Below, in pieces: positions 48,437 through 58,374 of a stretch of 64,000 nucleotides of DNA. The stretch comes from Paludibacteraceae bacterium (GTDB taxonomy: Bacteria; Bacteroidota; Bacteroidia; Bacteroidales; Paludibacteraceae): NCBI GenBank assembly GCA_045578815.1, contig JAZNKZ010000097.1, positions 10,430-74,429 on the forward strand. Reading direction: 5' to 3'. A model generated the notes under the pieces. The model was given only the letters and a program-made list of their open reading frames with translations. It ran no database searches and had not been told where the DNA came from. Each line of letters begins with the position of its first letter. The stretch's first letter is position 1. Made by a program: the position numbers and the translations under genes.

Positions 48437-49039
48437 TTACTTATTCAATTTCTCTTTGCACTGCTCTATCGTCATTCTAACCGCATGATGATTCCACTGC
48501 TCATACTCCACAGCCGAAAGGCGGTACAAACTATCTGCTTTTTCCAAATATTCCAATGCCTTCTTCTTGCTGCCAAAGGGGTTATAGAACTCCACATTCC
48601 CCATCATCGCCATGACAAAGGCATCTTCGCTATCCAAGTCCGCAGCCCGCTTGATACTAGCAAACAGCTGCTTCGCATGACTCATGAAATGCACCTTATC
48701 CAGTGCCATCTTATAGGTATAAACACTGGTCAAATAGGCATAATACCGTGCCTCCGACAATTGTGACTTGAGTGCCTCCAGATGTTGCTCATAGCGTGTA
48801 AGCATCGCTGTAGCATCTACCGTGTCTTGCCCTAATGCCACAGCCGTATAGCCATATTCGTAGTTGAGCAACTGCTTCTGCTCCTCCACCGACATACTGT
48901 CCCACTGAGCCGAAGCAATATACTCCCCCCACAAACTCACATCCTGATTCAGATACGCCTGATACAACTGATGGTTCGAGTACTGCGCTCTGCACATACC
49001 CGAAACCATCAATAGTATTAGCAATGCTAGTTTTTTCAC
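48437..49039 (-). CDS. secreted all-helical (TPR-like) protein of unknown function
   Basis: A GTG at 49039 gives the signal peptide [19 protein letters not shown] and overlaps the pfp stop as GTGA. The rest is helical and repeat-like ([26 protein letters not shown]). No family was recognised. Confidence 0.4.
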   Translation of the reverse strand: MKKLALLILLMVSGMCRAQYSNHQLYQAYLNQDVSLWGEYIASAQWDSMSVEEQKQLLNYEYGYTAVALGQDTVDATAMLTRYEQHLEALKSQLSEARYYAYLTSVYTYKMALDKVHFMSHAKQLFASIKRAADLDSEDAFVMAMMGNVEFYNPFGSKKKALEYLEKADSLYRLSAVEYEQWNHHAVRMTIEQCKEKLNK

Positions 49040-50688
49040 GCTTGCTCCAGCATCAATGTGCGAGTTGGTTGGTCGCACACCTCACTTGGTCCGTAGTATT
49101 GGATTGGACCAGGATAGATATAGCTGAGTTGTGGGTCAGCCCAATCAGCACGGTGAGCAGCCAAGTACTTGAATGGCGCACCATTGAGGTCAACCAATGC
49201 CTTTTGGATCACAGGTTTCATCTTACCGTGGCGACGCTCCATATTCATCATCATGGTCACAGGCACACCACCAGCCACCCACTCGGTAGCAGGCTTGGTG
49301 AGATTCTTCACGAGTGCCATATAGCCCGTCTTACCAGCTGCGATGAGGTGAGCAGCGGTGTTACCGAGGCTATAGCAGTAGTCTGCATCGAAGTTAGATG
49401 GCATTGCGCAGCGACCTTCGTAACCGAAGAAGTGGTTGAGCGCAGAGAATTTGCCCTTGTAGGTACCCGCAGCTTTGAGTTGAGCCAAGCGCTTTTGTAC
49501 CATCTCGATGAGCAGTTTCTCGGTCTCGATTTGGCTAACCATCACATTGCCGTGAGGGTCACGATCAAGTGTCAATTGCTTAGCAATACCCTTTGGTAGA
49601 CTGCGATAGAGTTCGCATGAAGCAGGACTGAGCATTGACTTCACATACTCGCGTTTAGCGTCGTCGCCCTCAAGAGCAGCAAACTCCTCGTTCTCAGCGA
49701 GCATGTCGTTGAGTTCTTGGATAAGCACACGCATAGCTGGGATAAACTCAATGAGGCCCTCTGGGATGAGGATAGTACCGAAGTTGAGTCCCGCATTAGC
49801 ACGCTCTACAATCACCTCTACGATTTGCTCTACTACCTCGTTGAGAGTCATCGCCTTCGCCTCTACTTCCTCAGAGATAAGGCACACGTTTGGTTGCGCT
49901 TGCAATGCGCACTCCAATGCGATATGGCTTGCACTACGACCCATGAGGCGGATGAAGTGCCAGTATTTCTTAGCAGAGTTAGCGTCGCGTTGGATGTTAC
50001 CAATCAATTCCGCAAAAGTCTTGCAAGCGGTGTCGAAACCGAAAGAGGTCTCAATCATCTCGTTCTTGAGGTCGCCGTCAATAGTCTTTGGGCAGCCGAT
50101 TACTTGGATACCACAATTCTTTTGCAGGTAGTACTCAGCGAGTACGCATGCGTTGGTGTTAGAGTCATCACCACCGATGATGACAATAGCCTTGATACCC
50201 AACTCTTGGCACACCTTGATACCATTGTCGAATTGCCATGTCTCCTCGAGTTTGGTACGACCAGAACCGATAATATCAAAACCACCCGTATTGCGATACT
50301 CATCAATCACAGGAGCAGTGAGTTCTGCATACTTACCATCTACCAAACCGCTAGGACCACCGAGGAAGCCATAGAGTTTGTTAGCTGGATTGATACGCTT
50401 GAGTGCGTCAAACAAACCGCAGATCACATTGTGACCACCAGGAGCTTGACCACCAGAAAGGATGACACCTACATTGAATGCTTCTACGGCAGCAGCCTCA
50501 TCAGCAGGTTCAAACTCGATTACAGGCATACCGTAGGTGTTAGGGAAGAGCTTTTGAATCTCCTCTTGATCCGCTACAGATTGCGTTTTTGCGCCTTCTT
50601 TGAGGCTTACATTTCCTTGCAAGGCCACTGGCATCTTAGGTTGATACGCAGCACGAGCAATTTGCAAAGGGCTTTTAGTCATTGTCAT
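49036..50688 (-). CDS. pfp: diphosphate--fructose-6-phosphate 1-phosphotransferase (PPi-PFK, long type)
   Basis: PFK family motifs [19 protein letters not shown] and [16 protein letters not shown]. The 550-aa length and overall pattern fit PPi-dependent enzymes of Bacteroidales. Confidence 0.9.
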   Translation of the reverse strand: MTMTKSPLQIARAAYQPKMPVALQGNVSLKEGAKTQSVADQEEIQKLFPNTYGMPVIEFEPADEAAAVEAFNVGVILSGGQAPGGHNVICGLFDALKRINPANKLYGFLGGPSGLVDGKYAELTAPVIDEYRNTGGFDIIGSGRTKLEETWQFDNGIKVCQELGIKAIVIIGGDDSNTNACVLAEYYLQKNCGIQVIGCPKTIDGDLKNEMIETSFGFDTACKTFAELIGNIQRDANSAKKYWHFIRLMGRSASHIALECALQAQPNVCLISEEVEAKAMTLNEVVEQIVEVIVERANAGLNFGTILIPEGLIEFIPAMRVLIQELNDMLAENEEFAALEGDDAKREYVKSMLSPASCELYRSLPKGIAKQLTLDRDPHGNVMVSQIETEKLLIEMVQKRLAQLKAAGTYKGKFSALNHFFGYEGRCAMPSNFDADYCYSLGNTAAHLIAAGKTGYMALVKNLTKPATEWVAGGVPVTMMMNMERRHGKMKPVIQKALVDLNGAPFKYLAAHRADWADPQLSYIYPGPIQYYGPSEVCDQPTRTLMLEQA

Positions 50689-50738
50689 AATTGTATATAT
50701 TTAAAAAAGTTTTACCTCTCACTTTTCAGTTTCCGCCG

Positions 50739-50746
50739 CAAAAGTA
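50739..50746 (-). promoter_or_regulatory. -7 box TActTTTG (pfp)
   Basis: CAAAAGTA followed by a T9 tract on the plus strand, about 50 nt upstream of the minus-strand ATG 50688. Confidence 0.55.
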
Positions 50747-50809
50747 CTATTTTTTTTTGGAATATACAAATACATTTGTATTTTGTATTTTTCGCTTTAC
50801 ATTCTCCTA

Positions 50810-53434
50810 CTACTTTGTTACTTGTCTTCCACACAGAGAAGTAAATGCACAATATTTACACGATTGGTCATCCGTGCAGGGCATGAATGGTATGTCTGGA
50901 TCACGAATCTCCTTAATGAGCAAATTCATTTCTTCGACAAAGTCGTGCTTGAGTGCAGCGTCAAAGATCAACGGTTCCTCACTCGTCTTGGCATGTATAT
51001 AGGTAGCTGCATCGGTATCCGTAAGACGACGGACCGAATATATGTATGGTGCGATATTAGGATATTGCTCAGACAAGACCCAGCAGTACAATAATGTCTG
51101 CAAGATATGTGCTTGCCCACGCTTGCGCACAGGGAAAGAGCCATCTTCTGCTGGTTCCACCACGCCAAAGACATCTTTCATTGAGCTGAACGCCAGATCT
51201 TTGGACCCAGTCTTGTAATCAATTACGCGTACTAGATCCGCCTTACAATCCACACGATCTACCTTACCAACAATAGTCACATTATTCGACCATGCTACAC
51301 GCATAGGTTCTTCGGCATACAAGATGCAGAATGGTGCATGCACATAGTCATAGTTAAGCACATTGTTCACATAGGTTCTCACTACGCGTTCTGCCAACAT
51401 ATCACCACCTAGTTTTTGCAATGCGGGCAAGGAACACCAGAAACTATCGTCGTTGATTTTAGATAGTAAATCGGCAATAATGGACGATGTGATGTATTTA
51501 CCTTTGAAGGGCAGATATAGCTGCTGCATGATCTCGTGCAACACATTGCCCAAAGTGGCATCTGATACCGAAACCGTTTCATCGACGGGTGGTTCTTTGA
51601 CACGTTCGATATGTTTATAGTAGAATTTCTTAGGACAATCTAGGTATTCCGTCAGAGCCGAAGCTGAGAAATGTTGCAGTTCCTGTACACGTTGATCCTT
51701 CGGGATAGGCATGCATTCGGTGGCTACCACATCCGCGTTGAGCGAGTAAGCAACTACCGTATGATGGATGTCAACATTATATTGCCACATCATCTGATAG
51801 AAATAACGCGACACCTCACCCGAATGTTGGTCATCCGCCGTAGAGTTAGCAATCAGCCACACCTTTTTAGCATAGGATAGCATGCGGTAGAAATTGTAGG
51901 CAAAGATAGCATTCTGGCGATCGGGCGTAGGCATATCAAATCCCACCCGTAAGACATATGGAATGAAGCTATTGCCTCGTGATCGGCCAGGATAAAGGTC
52001 ATCGTTGAAATCCGTAATGATGATATTATCAAAATCCAATGCGCGTGTCTCCAGCACACCCATTACTTGCAGTCCGTCAAGGGGTTCACCTTCATAAGGG
52101 ATGGTCGTTTCTAGGGTAAGCATCTTCAGTAGCTGTTGCATATCAGCCACCGTAAACGCGATCTGCGGATAGGCAGACAAAGCCGTTTCTAATCGGTCAA
52201 GTACCTTAGTTAATTGGTATATCGCCTCTGAAGTGTTGGCATGCAGTTGCGAGAGCAAATACTCACGCATCTGAGCAAGGAAATCCGCAGGCATTTCGGG
52301 CATAGGTTGCAAGAATTGCTCAGGATAAGCCACAGGCATATACACCGAAGTAGCACGCAAAGGATAGCCCATCGTGACATTGATCTTCTTCACCGATTCA
52401 GGAAAGACATTCAACAAAGGCACCAGCAACTGCTCATCAGGCAACACCACAGCCGTACGCGTCAAATCGGGACAATCATCGGGGATGATCTCCGACAAGA
52501 TACGACTCACCTCATGCACTTCACCCACCGTGGATGGCACAGAGACGAGGGTGATATCGGGAGTCAGGAATCTGGAATCGGGAGTCTGGAATCGGGAGTC
52601 GGGAATCGAGAATCGAGATTGGAATAGGCGCAGATTCTCCTCCATAAATAGCGATGCCTTGTTCTGAGGATCGCGCAGATATGGACTATCGTAGTCGAAA
52701 TAGAAATCCGCTCTACCCATCTCCTGCAAACGAAGCATCAGTTCGCGCTCGGATGCGGTCAAAGCATTGAATCCCAAGAAGACATACTGCTCGCGAAAAC
52801 GCTCCTGAGGAATCTCCAGCCAATGGTCAAGCACCTCGCGATGCAACATTCCCTCGTATGCCAAACCATCGCGGAGCAGGTTCTGGCGCAAAGCAGTATA
52901 GAGCGGATAAAGTAGATCCCAAGTATGCAAGAATCGCTGATGCATCTCCACATTGGGATGATGCTTGTCGGAGTCTTGAAATTCTTTCCAAAAGCGCGCC
53001 AGCGCTTGCCGTTGGTTATCGGTGAGATATTGGAATCGCTCATCAATGGTATGCAAATCCTTTACCGACGCAAACAATGCCTCTACATGCGGCACTAAAT
53101 GATTGTCTATCTCCGAGAAATCCGCCAACATCATCTTCCCCCAGTAGAGGAATTGGTCTAGGGACTCAGCATCTGGTTTCACACATCGATATTCGCTATA
53201 CAGGCGCAGCAACAGCGTCAGTTGGTCAGCCACTAGCAAATCAGACAACTCCGCAAAGCACTCATTGATACTCATCACACGAGGAGCAAACATGGGTTTG
53301 TCCACATACTGCGACAAGTATTTGCGGAAGAACAAGCCTGCACGATGATTGGGAAAGACAAAGGTGTAGCGTTGCAAATCGCTGCCGACTTGCTCTACAA
53401 AAGTCTGCGCTATGGCATGTAGCTTACTTCTCAT
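50810..53434 (-). CDS. PD-(D/E)XK nuclease family protein, AddB-like (no helicase ATPase motifs seen)
   Basis: C-terminal RecB-type nuclease core GKVDRVD...VIDYKTG...QTLLYCW, plus a cysteine cluster (C...CKYCAFTSLC) like the AddB Fe-S module. The long N-terminal region has no Walker A. Confidence 0.7.
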   Translation of the reverse strand: MRSKLHAIAQTFVEQVGSDLQRYTFVFPNHRAGLFFRKYLSQYVDKPMFAPRVMSINECFAELSDLLVADQLTLLLRLYSEYRCVKPDAESLDQFLYWGKMMLADFSEIDNHLVPHVEALFASVKDLHTIDERFQYLTDNQRQALARFWKEFQDSDKHHPNVEMHQRFLHTWDLLYPLYTALRQNLLRDGLAYEGMLHREVLDHWLEIPQERFREQYVFLGFNALTASERELMLRLQEMGRADFYFDYDSPYLRDPQNKASLFMEENLRLFQSRFSIPDSRFQTPDSRFLTPDITLVSVPSTVGEVHEVSRILSEIIPDDCPDLTRTAVVLPDEQLLVPLLNVFPESVKKINVTMGYPLRATSVYMPVAYPEQFLQPMPEMPADFLAQMREYLLSQLHANTSEAIYQLTKVLDRLETALSAYPQIAFTVADMQQLLKMLTLETTIPYEGEPLDGLQVMGVLETRALDFDNIIITDFNDDLYPGRSRGNSFIPYVLRVGFDMPTPDRQNAIFAYNFYRMLSYAKKVWLIANSTADDQHSGEVSRYFYQMMWQYNVDIHHTVVAYSLNADVVATECMPIPKDQRVQELQHFSASALTEYLDCPKKFYYKHIERVKEPPVDETVSVSDATLGNVLHEIMQQLYLPFKGKYITSSIIADLLSKINDDSFWCSLPALQKLGGDMLAERVVRTYVNNVLNYDYVHAPFCILYAEEPMRVAWSNNVTIVGKVDRVDCKADLVRVIDYKTGSKDLAFSSMKDVFGVVEPAEDGSFPVRKRGQAHILQTLLYCWVLSEQYPNIAPYIYSVRRLTDTDAATYIHAKTSEEPLIFDAALKHDFVEEMNLLIKEIRDPDIPFMPCTDDQSCKYCAFTSLCGRQVTK
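52558..52627 (-). repeat. in-frame GGAATCG/GGAGTC word array inside the AddB-like nuclease gene
   Basis: The plus strand reads cgggagtcaggaatctggaatcgggagtctggaatcgggagtcgggaatcgagaatcgagattggaat. On the coding strand this encodes SRFSIPDSRFQTPDSRFLTPD. Confidence 0.85.
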
Positions 53435-55289
53435 CAGTTAATCTAAATATATATTTCTTTACCCATCGTTTCACACGTGAGATCATTGACCATGTCTTGC
53501 TGGCAGGAGGTATCTCCATGAGCAATGTATCCATATCAGGCTCTCCCGTCAACTGCTCTGGGTAAACAACCATCGAACTGAAGCTAGTAAAATGCTCAGT
53601 CAACATGGTAGGAATTTCCTCGAAAAGAGGGTTGTAACTGGCTGTGGACTTACGCGATGACAAGAGCACCAGCATATCATTATCTATAATGGTCTGCGAG
53701 ATGATGCCCACCTCTTCCCAACCGTCCATATTGCGGAAGGCAGCACGCAAGTATTTACCAGGACGACGACACATGGCTTGCAATGCCACTTGCGTATCTG
53801 GATGTGCATAGAAGACCACCTTTGCTCCCAACTCACCCGACAGACGACGCACCAGACCAAAGCATGTGATAAAGTCGCGCTCCTTCTCGGCATAGCGTGG
53901 AACTGCCACCACAAGGCGATTGATGGTGTTGATAGGTTGCGCCTCGTGATAGACAATCACCGACTTGCTCGTGTGTTCTACCATATCCGAGACATCCTTC
54001 CAGTCGGCTGACTGCTTAATCTCAATATTATCCAGCGAAGCCATCTCACCTATCTCACGCATAGCAGGACGCAAGTCGTCACCTACTGAGGTCAATAACC
54101 AATAGTCATCTTCGTGGTAAGCCTCTAGTTTGGCACTCTCCTGCAATGCCAACTCCTTGGCAGCATGTTCGGTGATAAAACTTGCTGTGGTGCAGAGTAC
54201 CAAGATCATCAACACCGCAGCGTTCAACACTTCTGAAGATACGATACCCATCTGATAGGCAATAGTCACGATTGCCAAAGTACCTGCTGCCGTAGCATGC
54301 GAAAGGCCAAAAATCAGTTGGCGTTCGTGTTTGGAGAAACGGAATATGCCTTGTGCTATCCATGCCGCTATACTTTTGCCCACCAATTTGGTGACAATCA
54401 TCACACTAGCAATTATCACTGTGGTCCAACTGTTCCAAAAGGATTCTATATTAATCATCAAACCTACACTGACCAAGAAGAGTGGCACAAAGACACTATT
54501 ACCCATAAAATTGATTCTCGCCATCAATGATGAGCGATTAGGCAGTAAGCGGTTGAGCGAAACGCCACAAAGGAATGCACCTAGGATACCTTCAAGTCCT
54601 GCCAACTCCGCCAACAATGCACTACCCACAAGCATTAGCATCACTACCATAAACTCTGAGATAGGTTCACGATAACGCTTGAAGAACATGCGAGCGAAGC
54701 GAGGGAATAGCCATATCACGCTCAAGAGGAATAGTGCTAAAATAGCCAATTGTAGGACATAATCCATTATCGTTTGTGCTGTATCATTCCATTGCTCCAC
54801 TACCGCTAGCACGATAAGTGATAGCGTGATAGCCCACATGGTGGCACCTGCGGTGATATTGACAGCTACATTTTTCTGTACGCCATAACGACTAACAATA
54901 GGATAGGTCATCAGTGTATGGCTACCGTACATAGCACCCAAAAGCAAACTAGATGTCCAATCGAAATTCAATAAATAGCGACTAGTCACGACACCCAAGA
55001 GCAGTGGAATAAAGAATGTACACAAACCAAAGAAGAGGGAGCGGTATTTGTATTGCTTAAAATCATTAATATCAATCTCACTACCCGACTGAAACATGAT
55101 ATACAGCATACCTAATGAACCAAGAAGTTTGATAGTAGGACCTTCTGCTACAATATTTAGTACAGATGGACCTATTACAATACCTGCCAAAATAAATCCT
55201 ACAATGCTTGGCACATGTATCTTGCGGCATACGATTGGTACAAACCAAATGATGCCAATTACTATAGTTAGTATCAATAATGCATCCAT
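53424..55289 (-). CDS. cation:proton antiporter (Na+/H+ exchanger family) with a ~230-aa C-terminal soluble domain
   Basis: About 12 predicted TM helices in the first ~390 aa, with Sodium/hydrogen-exchanger-like patterns. The soluble tail may be USP-like. The 3' end overlaps the next gene by 11 nt. Confidence 0.8.
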   Translation of the reverse strand: MDALLILTIVIGIIWFVPIVCRKIHVPSIVGFILAGIVIGPSVLNIVAEGPTIKLLGSLGMLYIMFQSGSEIDINDFKQYKYRSLFFGLCTFFIPLLLGVVTSRYLLNFDWTSSLLLGAMYGSHTLMTYPIVSRYGVQKNVAVNITAGATMWAITLSLIVLAVVEQWNDTAQTIMDYVLQLAILALFLLSVIWLFPRFARMFFKRYREPISEFMVVMLMLVGSALLAELAGLEGILGAFLCGVSLNRLLPNRSSLMARINFMGNSVFVPLFLVSVGLMINIESFWNSWTTVIIASVMIVTKLVGKSIAAWIAQGIFRFSKHERQLIFGLSHATAAGTLAIVTIAYQMGIVSSEVLNAAVLMILVLCTTASFITEHAAKELALQESAKLEAYHEDDYWLLTSVGDDLRPAMREIGEMASLDNIEIKQSADWKDVSDMVEHTSKSVIVYHEAQPINTINRLVVAVPRYAEKERDFITCFGLVRRLSGELGAKVVFYAHPDTQVALQAMCRRPGKYLRAAFRNMDGWEEVGIISQTIIDNDMLVLLSSRKSTASYNPLFEEIPTMLTEHFTSFSSMVVYPEQLTGEPDMDTLLMEIPPASKTWSMISRVKRWVKKYIFRLTDEK

Positions 55290-55301
55290 AATCTCTAAAG
55301 T

Positions 55302-57926
55302 CTAAATATACCTTCCCGTTATGCTATTTTTGTTTTCTCGTATTTCTTCCACTGTGCCAGTAGCGACTACAGTGCCACCATCGCGACCGCCATCAGGTCC
55401 CATGTCCACGATATAGTCACACGAACGAATGACATCGGGGTTGTGCTCAATGATGATTACCGTATTGCCTTTGTCCACTAACTGTCTGAGTACTCCCATC
55501 AATACACGCACATCTTCAAAGTGCAGGCCTGTAGTTGGTTCGTCAAGAATATACAAAGTCTTTCCTGTACTGGGACGAGCCAATTCTGTCGCTAGTTTCA
55601 CGCGCTGGCTCTCGCCACCTGATAACGTAGTTGACGATTGTCCTAGTTTGATATAACCTAATCCGACATCTTGCAAAGTCTTGATTTTCTTCAAGATATT
55701 AGGTTGACTCTCAAAGAACTCTACGGCTTGATTGATAGTCATATCCAATACATCGGCTATAGACTTGCCTTTAAAGCGTGCCTCTAAGGTCTCGCGGTTG
55801 TAGCGTTTTCCGCCACATACTTCGCAAGGCACATACACATTGGGCAGGAAGTGCATTTGTATGGTCTTATAGCCATTACCACTACATTCTTCGCATCGTC
55901 CGCCTGAGTTATTAAACGAGAAGCGACCTGCTTTCCACGAGCGAATCTTACTCTCTGGTAGCTGGGCAAAGAGGTTGCGTATATCTGTGAACACGCCCGT
56001 ATAAGTAGCAGGATTGCTGCGCGGTGTACGACCAATAGGCGACTGGTCCACGCCAATCACTTTGTCAATATGTTCGAGGCCCTCTATGCTATCGTATGCC
56101 AAAGGCGTTTGCAAACTGCGGTAGAAGTGTTGGCTGAGGATTGGGTAAAGCGTTTGATTTACCAAAGTGGATTTACCACTACCCGACACACCCGTCACGG
56201 CAATCATTTGCCCCAATGGGAAACTTACATCTACACCTTTGAGGTTGTTGCCGCGGCATCCTCGAAGAACGAGGGTGGGTGTAGAATTGTGTAGTATGGT
56301 GTAGGATTGTGTAGTATTGTTTAATGTTGCGGAGAGTTCGCCACTGAGGTATTTGGCAGTAAGCGTGTCGGACTTGAGCAGTTCGGCTGGCGTCCCACTA
56401 AAGACGATATGCCCACCCAAACGACCAGCTTTGGGACCTATATCAATAATATAATCCGCTTGACGCATCATATCCTCGTCATGCTCTACAACAATGACCG
56501 AGTTGCCCATATCGCGCAGTTGCTTGAGCGAATCAATGAGACGTTGATTATCGCGTTGGTGCAAACCGATACTTGGTTCGTCAAGAATATAGAGGACATT
56601 GACCAACTTACTGCCCACTTGTGTAGCCAAACGAATGCGTTGGTTTTCGCCACCAGATAGGCTGTCAGATGAGCGCGAGAGGGATAAGTATGATAGTCCC
56701 ACACTGAGCATAAAGCCGAGGCGAGAGATAATCTCTTTGATGATGGGTTCAGCAATAGCTCGCTGCTTGTTGGTTAGACGGGCAGGGACATTCATCAGCC
56801 ATGCACGCAAATCAGTGATGTCCATTGCCGACAATTCAGCAATATTCTTATCTGCTATGCGGAAGCTTAGTGCTTCGCGACTAAGTCGTTGCCCTTGGCA
56901 GGCAGGACAAACCACCCACTCCTCTTTCTCCTCCTTTTCGTCTTCTTCCTGCTGCACATACGCCAACATGCGTGTGTACCAGTTTTCATCATCTTTGATG
57001 ATATTATCCAATTCCTCCTCGCCTAATTGCCTTTTCGCCTCATCGCCTTTCACCCTTCCCAGTCCCCTACAGGTAGGGCACCACCCCTGTGGCGAGTTGA
57101 AGGAGAAGGTATGCGGTGCGGGCTCAGCATAACTCATGCCCGTAGTAGGACACATAAGATGGCGAGAAAAATAGCGGATTGGCAATTGGCTATTGGCTAT
57201 AGAAATAGCCATCACGCCATCGCCTTGTGTCATGGCTTTGTCCACGGTAGCGCGAAGGCGTTTGAGGTCTTCTTCGCTTTCGCTTTTTAATTTGAGGCGA
57301 TCTACAACGACTTCGACGGTGTGGTTCTTGTAGCGGTCGAGCTTCATACCTGGCGTGATTTCCATCACTTCGCCATCTACACGCACATGCAAATAGCCCT
57401 TACGGCGAATAGTCTCAAAGAGTTCTTTGTAGTGTCCTTTACGGTTATTGACCGTTGGGGCAAGCACGAGTACTTTTTGACCCGTATAATCTTTGAGAAT
57501 AAGGTCAATGATTTGATCATCGGTGTACTGCACCATCTTCTCGCCAGAGGCGTAAGAGTACGCGTCCGCAGCGCGTGCAAAAAGTAGTCGAAGGTAGTCA
57601 TACACTTCGGTTACGGTACCTACGGTAGAACGAGGATTGCGAGAAGTTGTCTTTTGGTCAATGCTGATAACCGGCGAGAGGCCTGTAATCTTATCCACAT
57701 CGGGGCGTTGCATCGTTCCAATGTATCCGCGTGCATAGGAGGAAAAGGTCTCCATATATCGGCGTTGTCCTTCGGCAAAAATGGTATCAAAGGCAAGTGA
57801 TGATTTACCACTACCAGATAGACCAGTAATGACCACGAGTTTGTCTCGCGGGATACGCACATCCACATTCTTTAGATTATGTACGCGTGCGCCAGTGATA
57901 AGTATGTCATTACCTTGGTTTGTCAT
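55302..57926 (-). CDS. uvrA: excinuclease ABC subunit A-type protein (short form, reduced insertion domain)
   Basis: Two ABC modules: [14 protein letters not shown] ... LSGGENQR ... LDEPSIGLH, and [10 protein letters not shown] ... LSGGESQR ... [12 protein letters not shown] at 57926 lies 22 nt downstream of a TAcCTTTG box. That gives 875 aa, versus about 940 aa for canonical UvrA. Confidence 0.88.
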   Translation of the reverse strand: MTNQGNDILITGARVHNLKNVDVRIPRDKLVVITGLSGSGKSSLAFDTIFAEGQRRYMETFSSYARGYIGTMQRPDVDKITGLSPVISIDQKTTSRNPRSTVGTVTEVYDYLRLLFARAADAYSYASGEKMVQYTDDQIIDLILKDYTGQKVLVLAPTVNNRKGHYKELFETIRRKGYLHVRVDGEVMEITPGMKLDRYKNHTVEVVVDRLKLKSESEEDLKRLRATVDKAMTQGDGVMAISIANSQLPIRYFSRHLMCPTTGMSYAEPAPHTFSFNSPQGWCPTCRGLGRVKGDEAKRQLGEEELDNIIKDDENWYTRMLAYVQQEEDEKEEKEEWVVCPACQGQRLSREALSFRIADKNIAELSAMDITDLRAWLMNVPARLTNKQRAIAEPIIKEIISRLGFMLSVGLSYLSLSRSSDSLSGGENQRIRLATQVGSKLVNVLYILDEPSIGLHQRDNQRLIDSLKQLRDMGNSVIVVEHDEDMMRQADYIIDIGPKAGRLGGHIVFSGTPAELLKSDTLTAKYLSGELSATLNNTTQSYTILHNSTPTLVLRGCRGNNLKGVDVSFPLGQMIAVTGVSGSGKSTLVNQTLYPILSQHFYRSLQTPLAYDSIEGLEHIDKVIGVDQSPIGRTPRSNPATYTGVFTDIRNLFAQLPESKIRSWKAGRFSFNNSGGRCEECSGNGYKTIQMHFLPNVYVPCEVCGGKRYNRETLEARFKGKSIADVLDMTINQAVEFFESQPNILKKIKTLQDVGLGYIKLGQSSTTLSGGESQRVKLATELARPSTGKTLYILDEPTTGLHFEDVRVLMGVLRQLVDKGNTVIIIEHNPDVIRSCDYIVDMGPDGGRDGGTVVATGTVEEIRENKNSITGRYI
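56277..56328 (-). repeat. in-frame 4 x 10-mer GTGTAGnnTT (= CTACAC family) inside uvrA
   Basis: The plus strand reads gtgtagaatt gtgtagtatg gtgtaggatt gtgtagtatt. The coding strand encodes [16 protein letters not shown] in the inter-module linker. Confidence 0.85.
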
Positions 57927-57934
57927 AGTGCAAA

Positions 57935-57955
57935 TACCTTTGCGCTGCAAAGGTA
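57935..57955. promoter_or_regulatory. perfect palindrome TACCTTTGC-gct-GCAAAGGTA carrying a -7 box on each strand
   Basis: 9-bp arms with a 3-nt spacer. The minus-strand box (57948-57955) lies 22 nt upstream of the uvrA ATG. The plus-strand box (57935-57942) points into the 448-nt intergenic region. Confidence 0.55.
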
Positions 57956-58069
57956 CAAAAAAAATCGCAGATATGCAAGAAAAACTCGTTTTTGTTGCCA
58001 TAGGCTACATTTTTTACTGTAGCTTCGAGGGTAGGGTGTACTCGAAGTACAAAAAGGAATATATGCAAG

Positions 58070-58094
58070 AAAAATGCGCAAAGAGCGCATTTTT
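58070..58094 (+). terminator. terminator-like hairpin in the uvrA/LRR intergenic region
   Basis: AAAAATGCGC-aaga-GCGCATTTTT is a perfect 10-bp inverted repeat with a GC core of 4 bp plus a T5 tail. No minus-strand gene reads into it. Confidence 0.4.
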
Positions 58095-58248
58095 CAGGAG
58101 ATTTTGCTAGGGGTTATAGGTTAGAGGTAAAAGGTTCGGGGGAGACTTGGCTTCTGCTTTGTACACTGCAAATGGGAATGTCAAGCATGAGTAGTTAGGC
58201 GTTTGATGTTTTTTATTAATATGGTTTGCATATATCAAAAAAAAGCAG

Positions 58249-58256
58249 TACCTTTG
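58249..58256 (+). promoter_or_regulatory. -7 box TAcCTTTG (LRR lipoprotein gene)
   Basis: Sequence aaaaaaaagcagTACCTTTGcagcag, nearly identical in context to the dxs promoter. The 5' UTR is about 115 nt. Confidence 0.55.
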
Positions 58257-58374
58257 CAGCAGAAAAATTTGAAGACGGTGATGAGTTGGTAGTATGATCT
58301 AGTGGGTTTGTTCTAAGTTGAGTTCTCTATTGCCGCTTCTTGTGACTAGTTTGATGGAGAAACTATAAGAAGAT

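Noticed and set aside
49717-50844. 375-aa plus-strand ORF antisense to pfp (also 49024-49599 and 49703-50131)
   Set aside because: It lies entirely antisense to, or out of frame with, a gene carrying unambiguous PFK motifs. Long antisense ORFs are expected from the codon bias of highly expressed genes. No motif was recognised.
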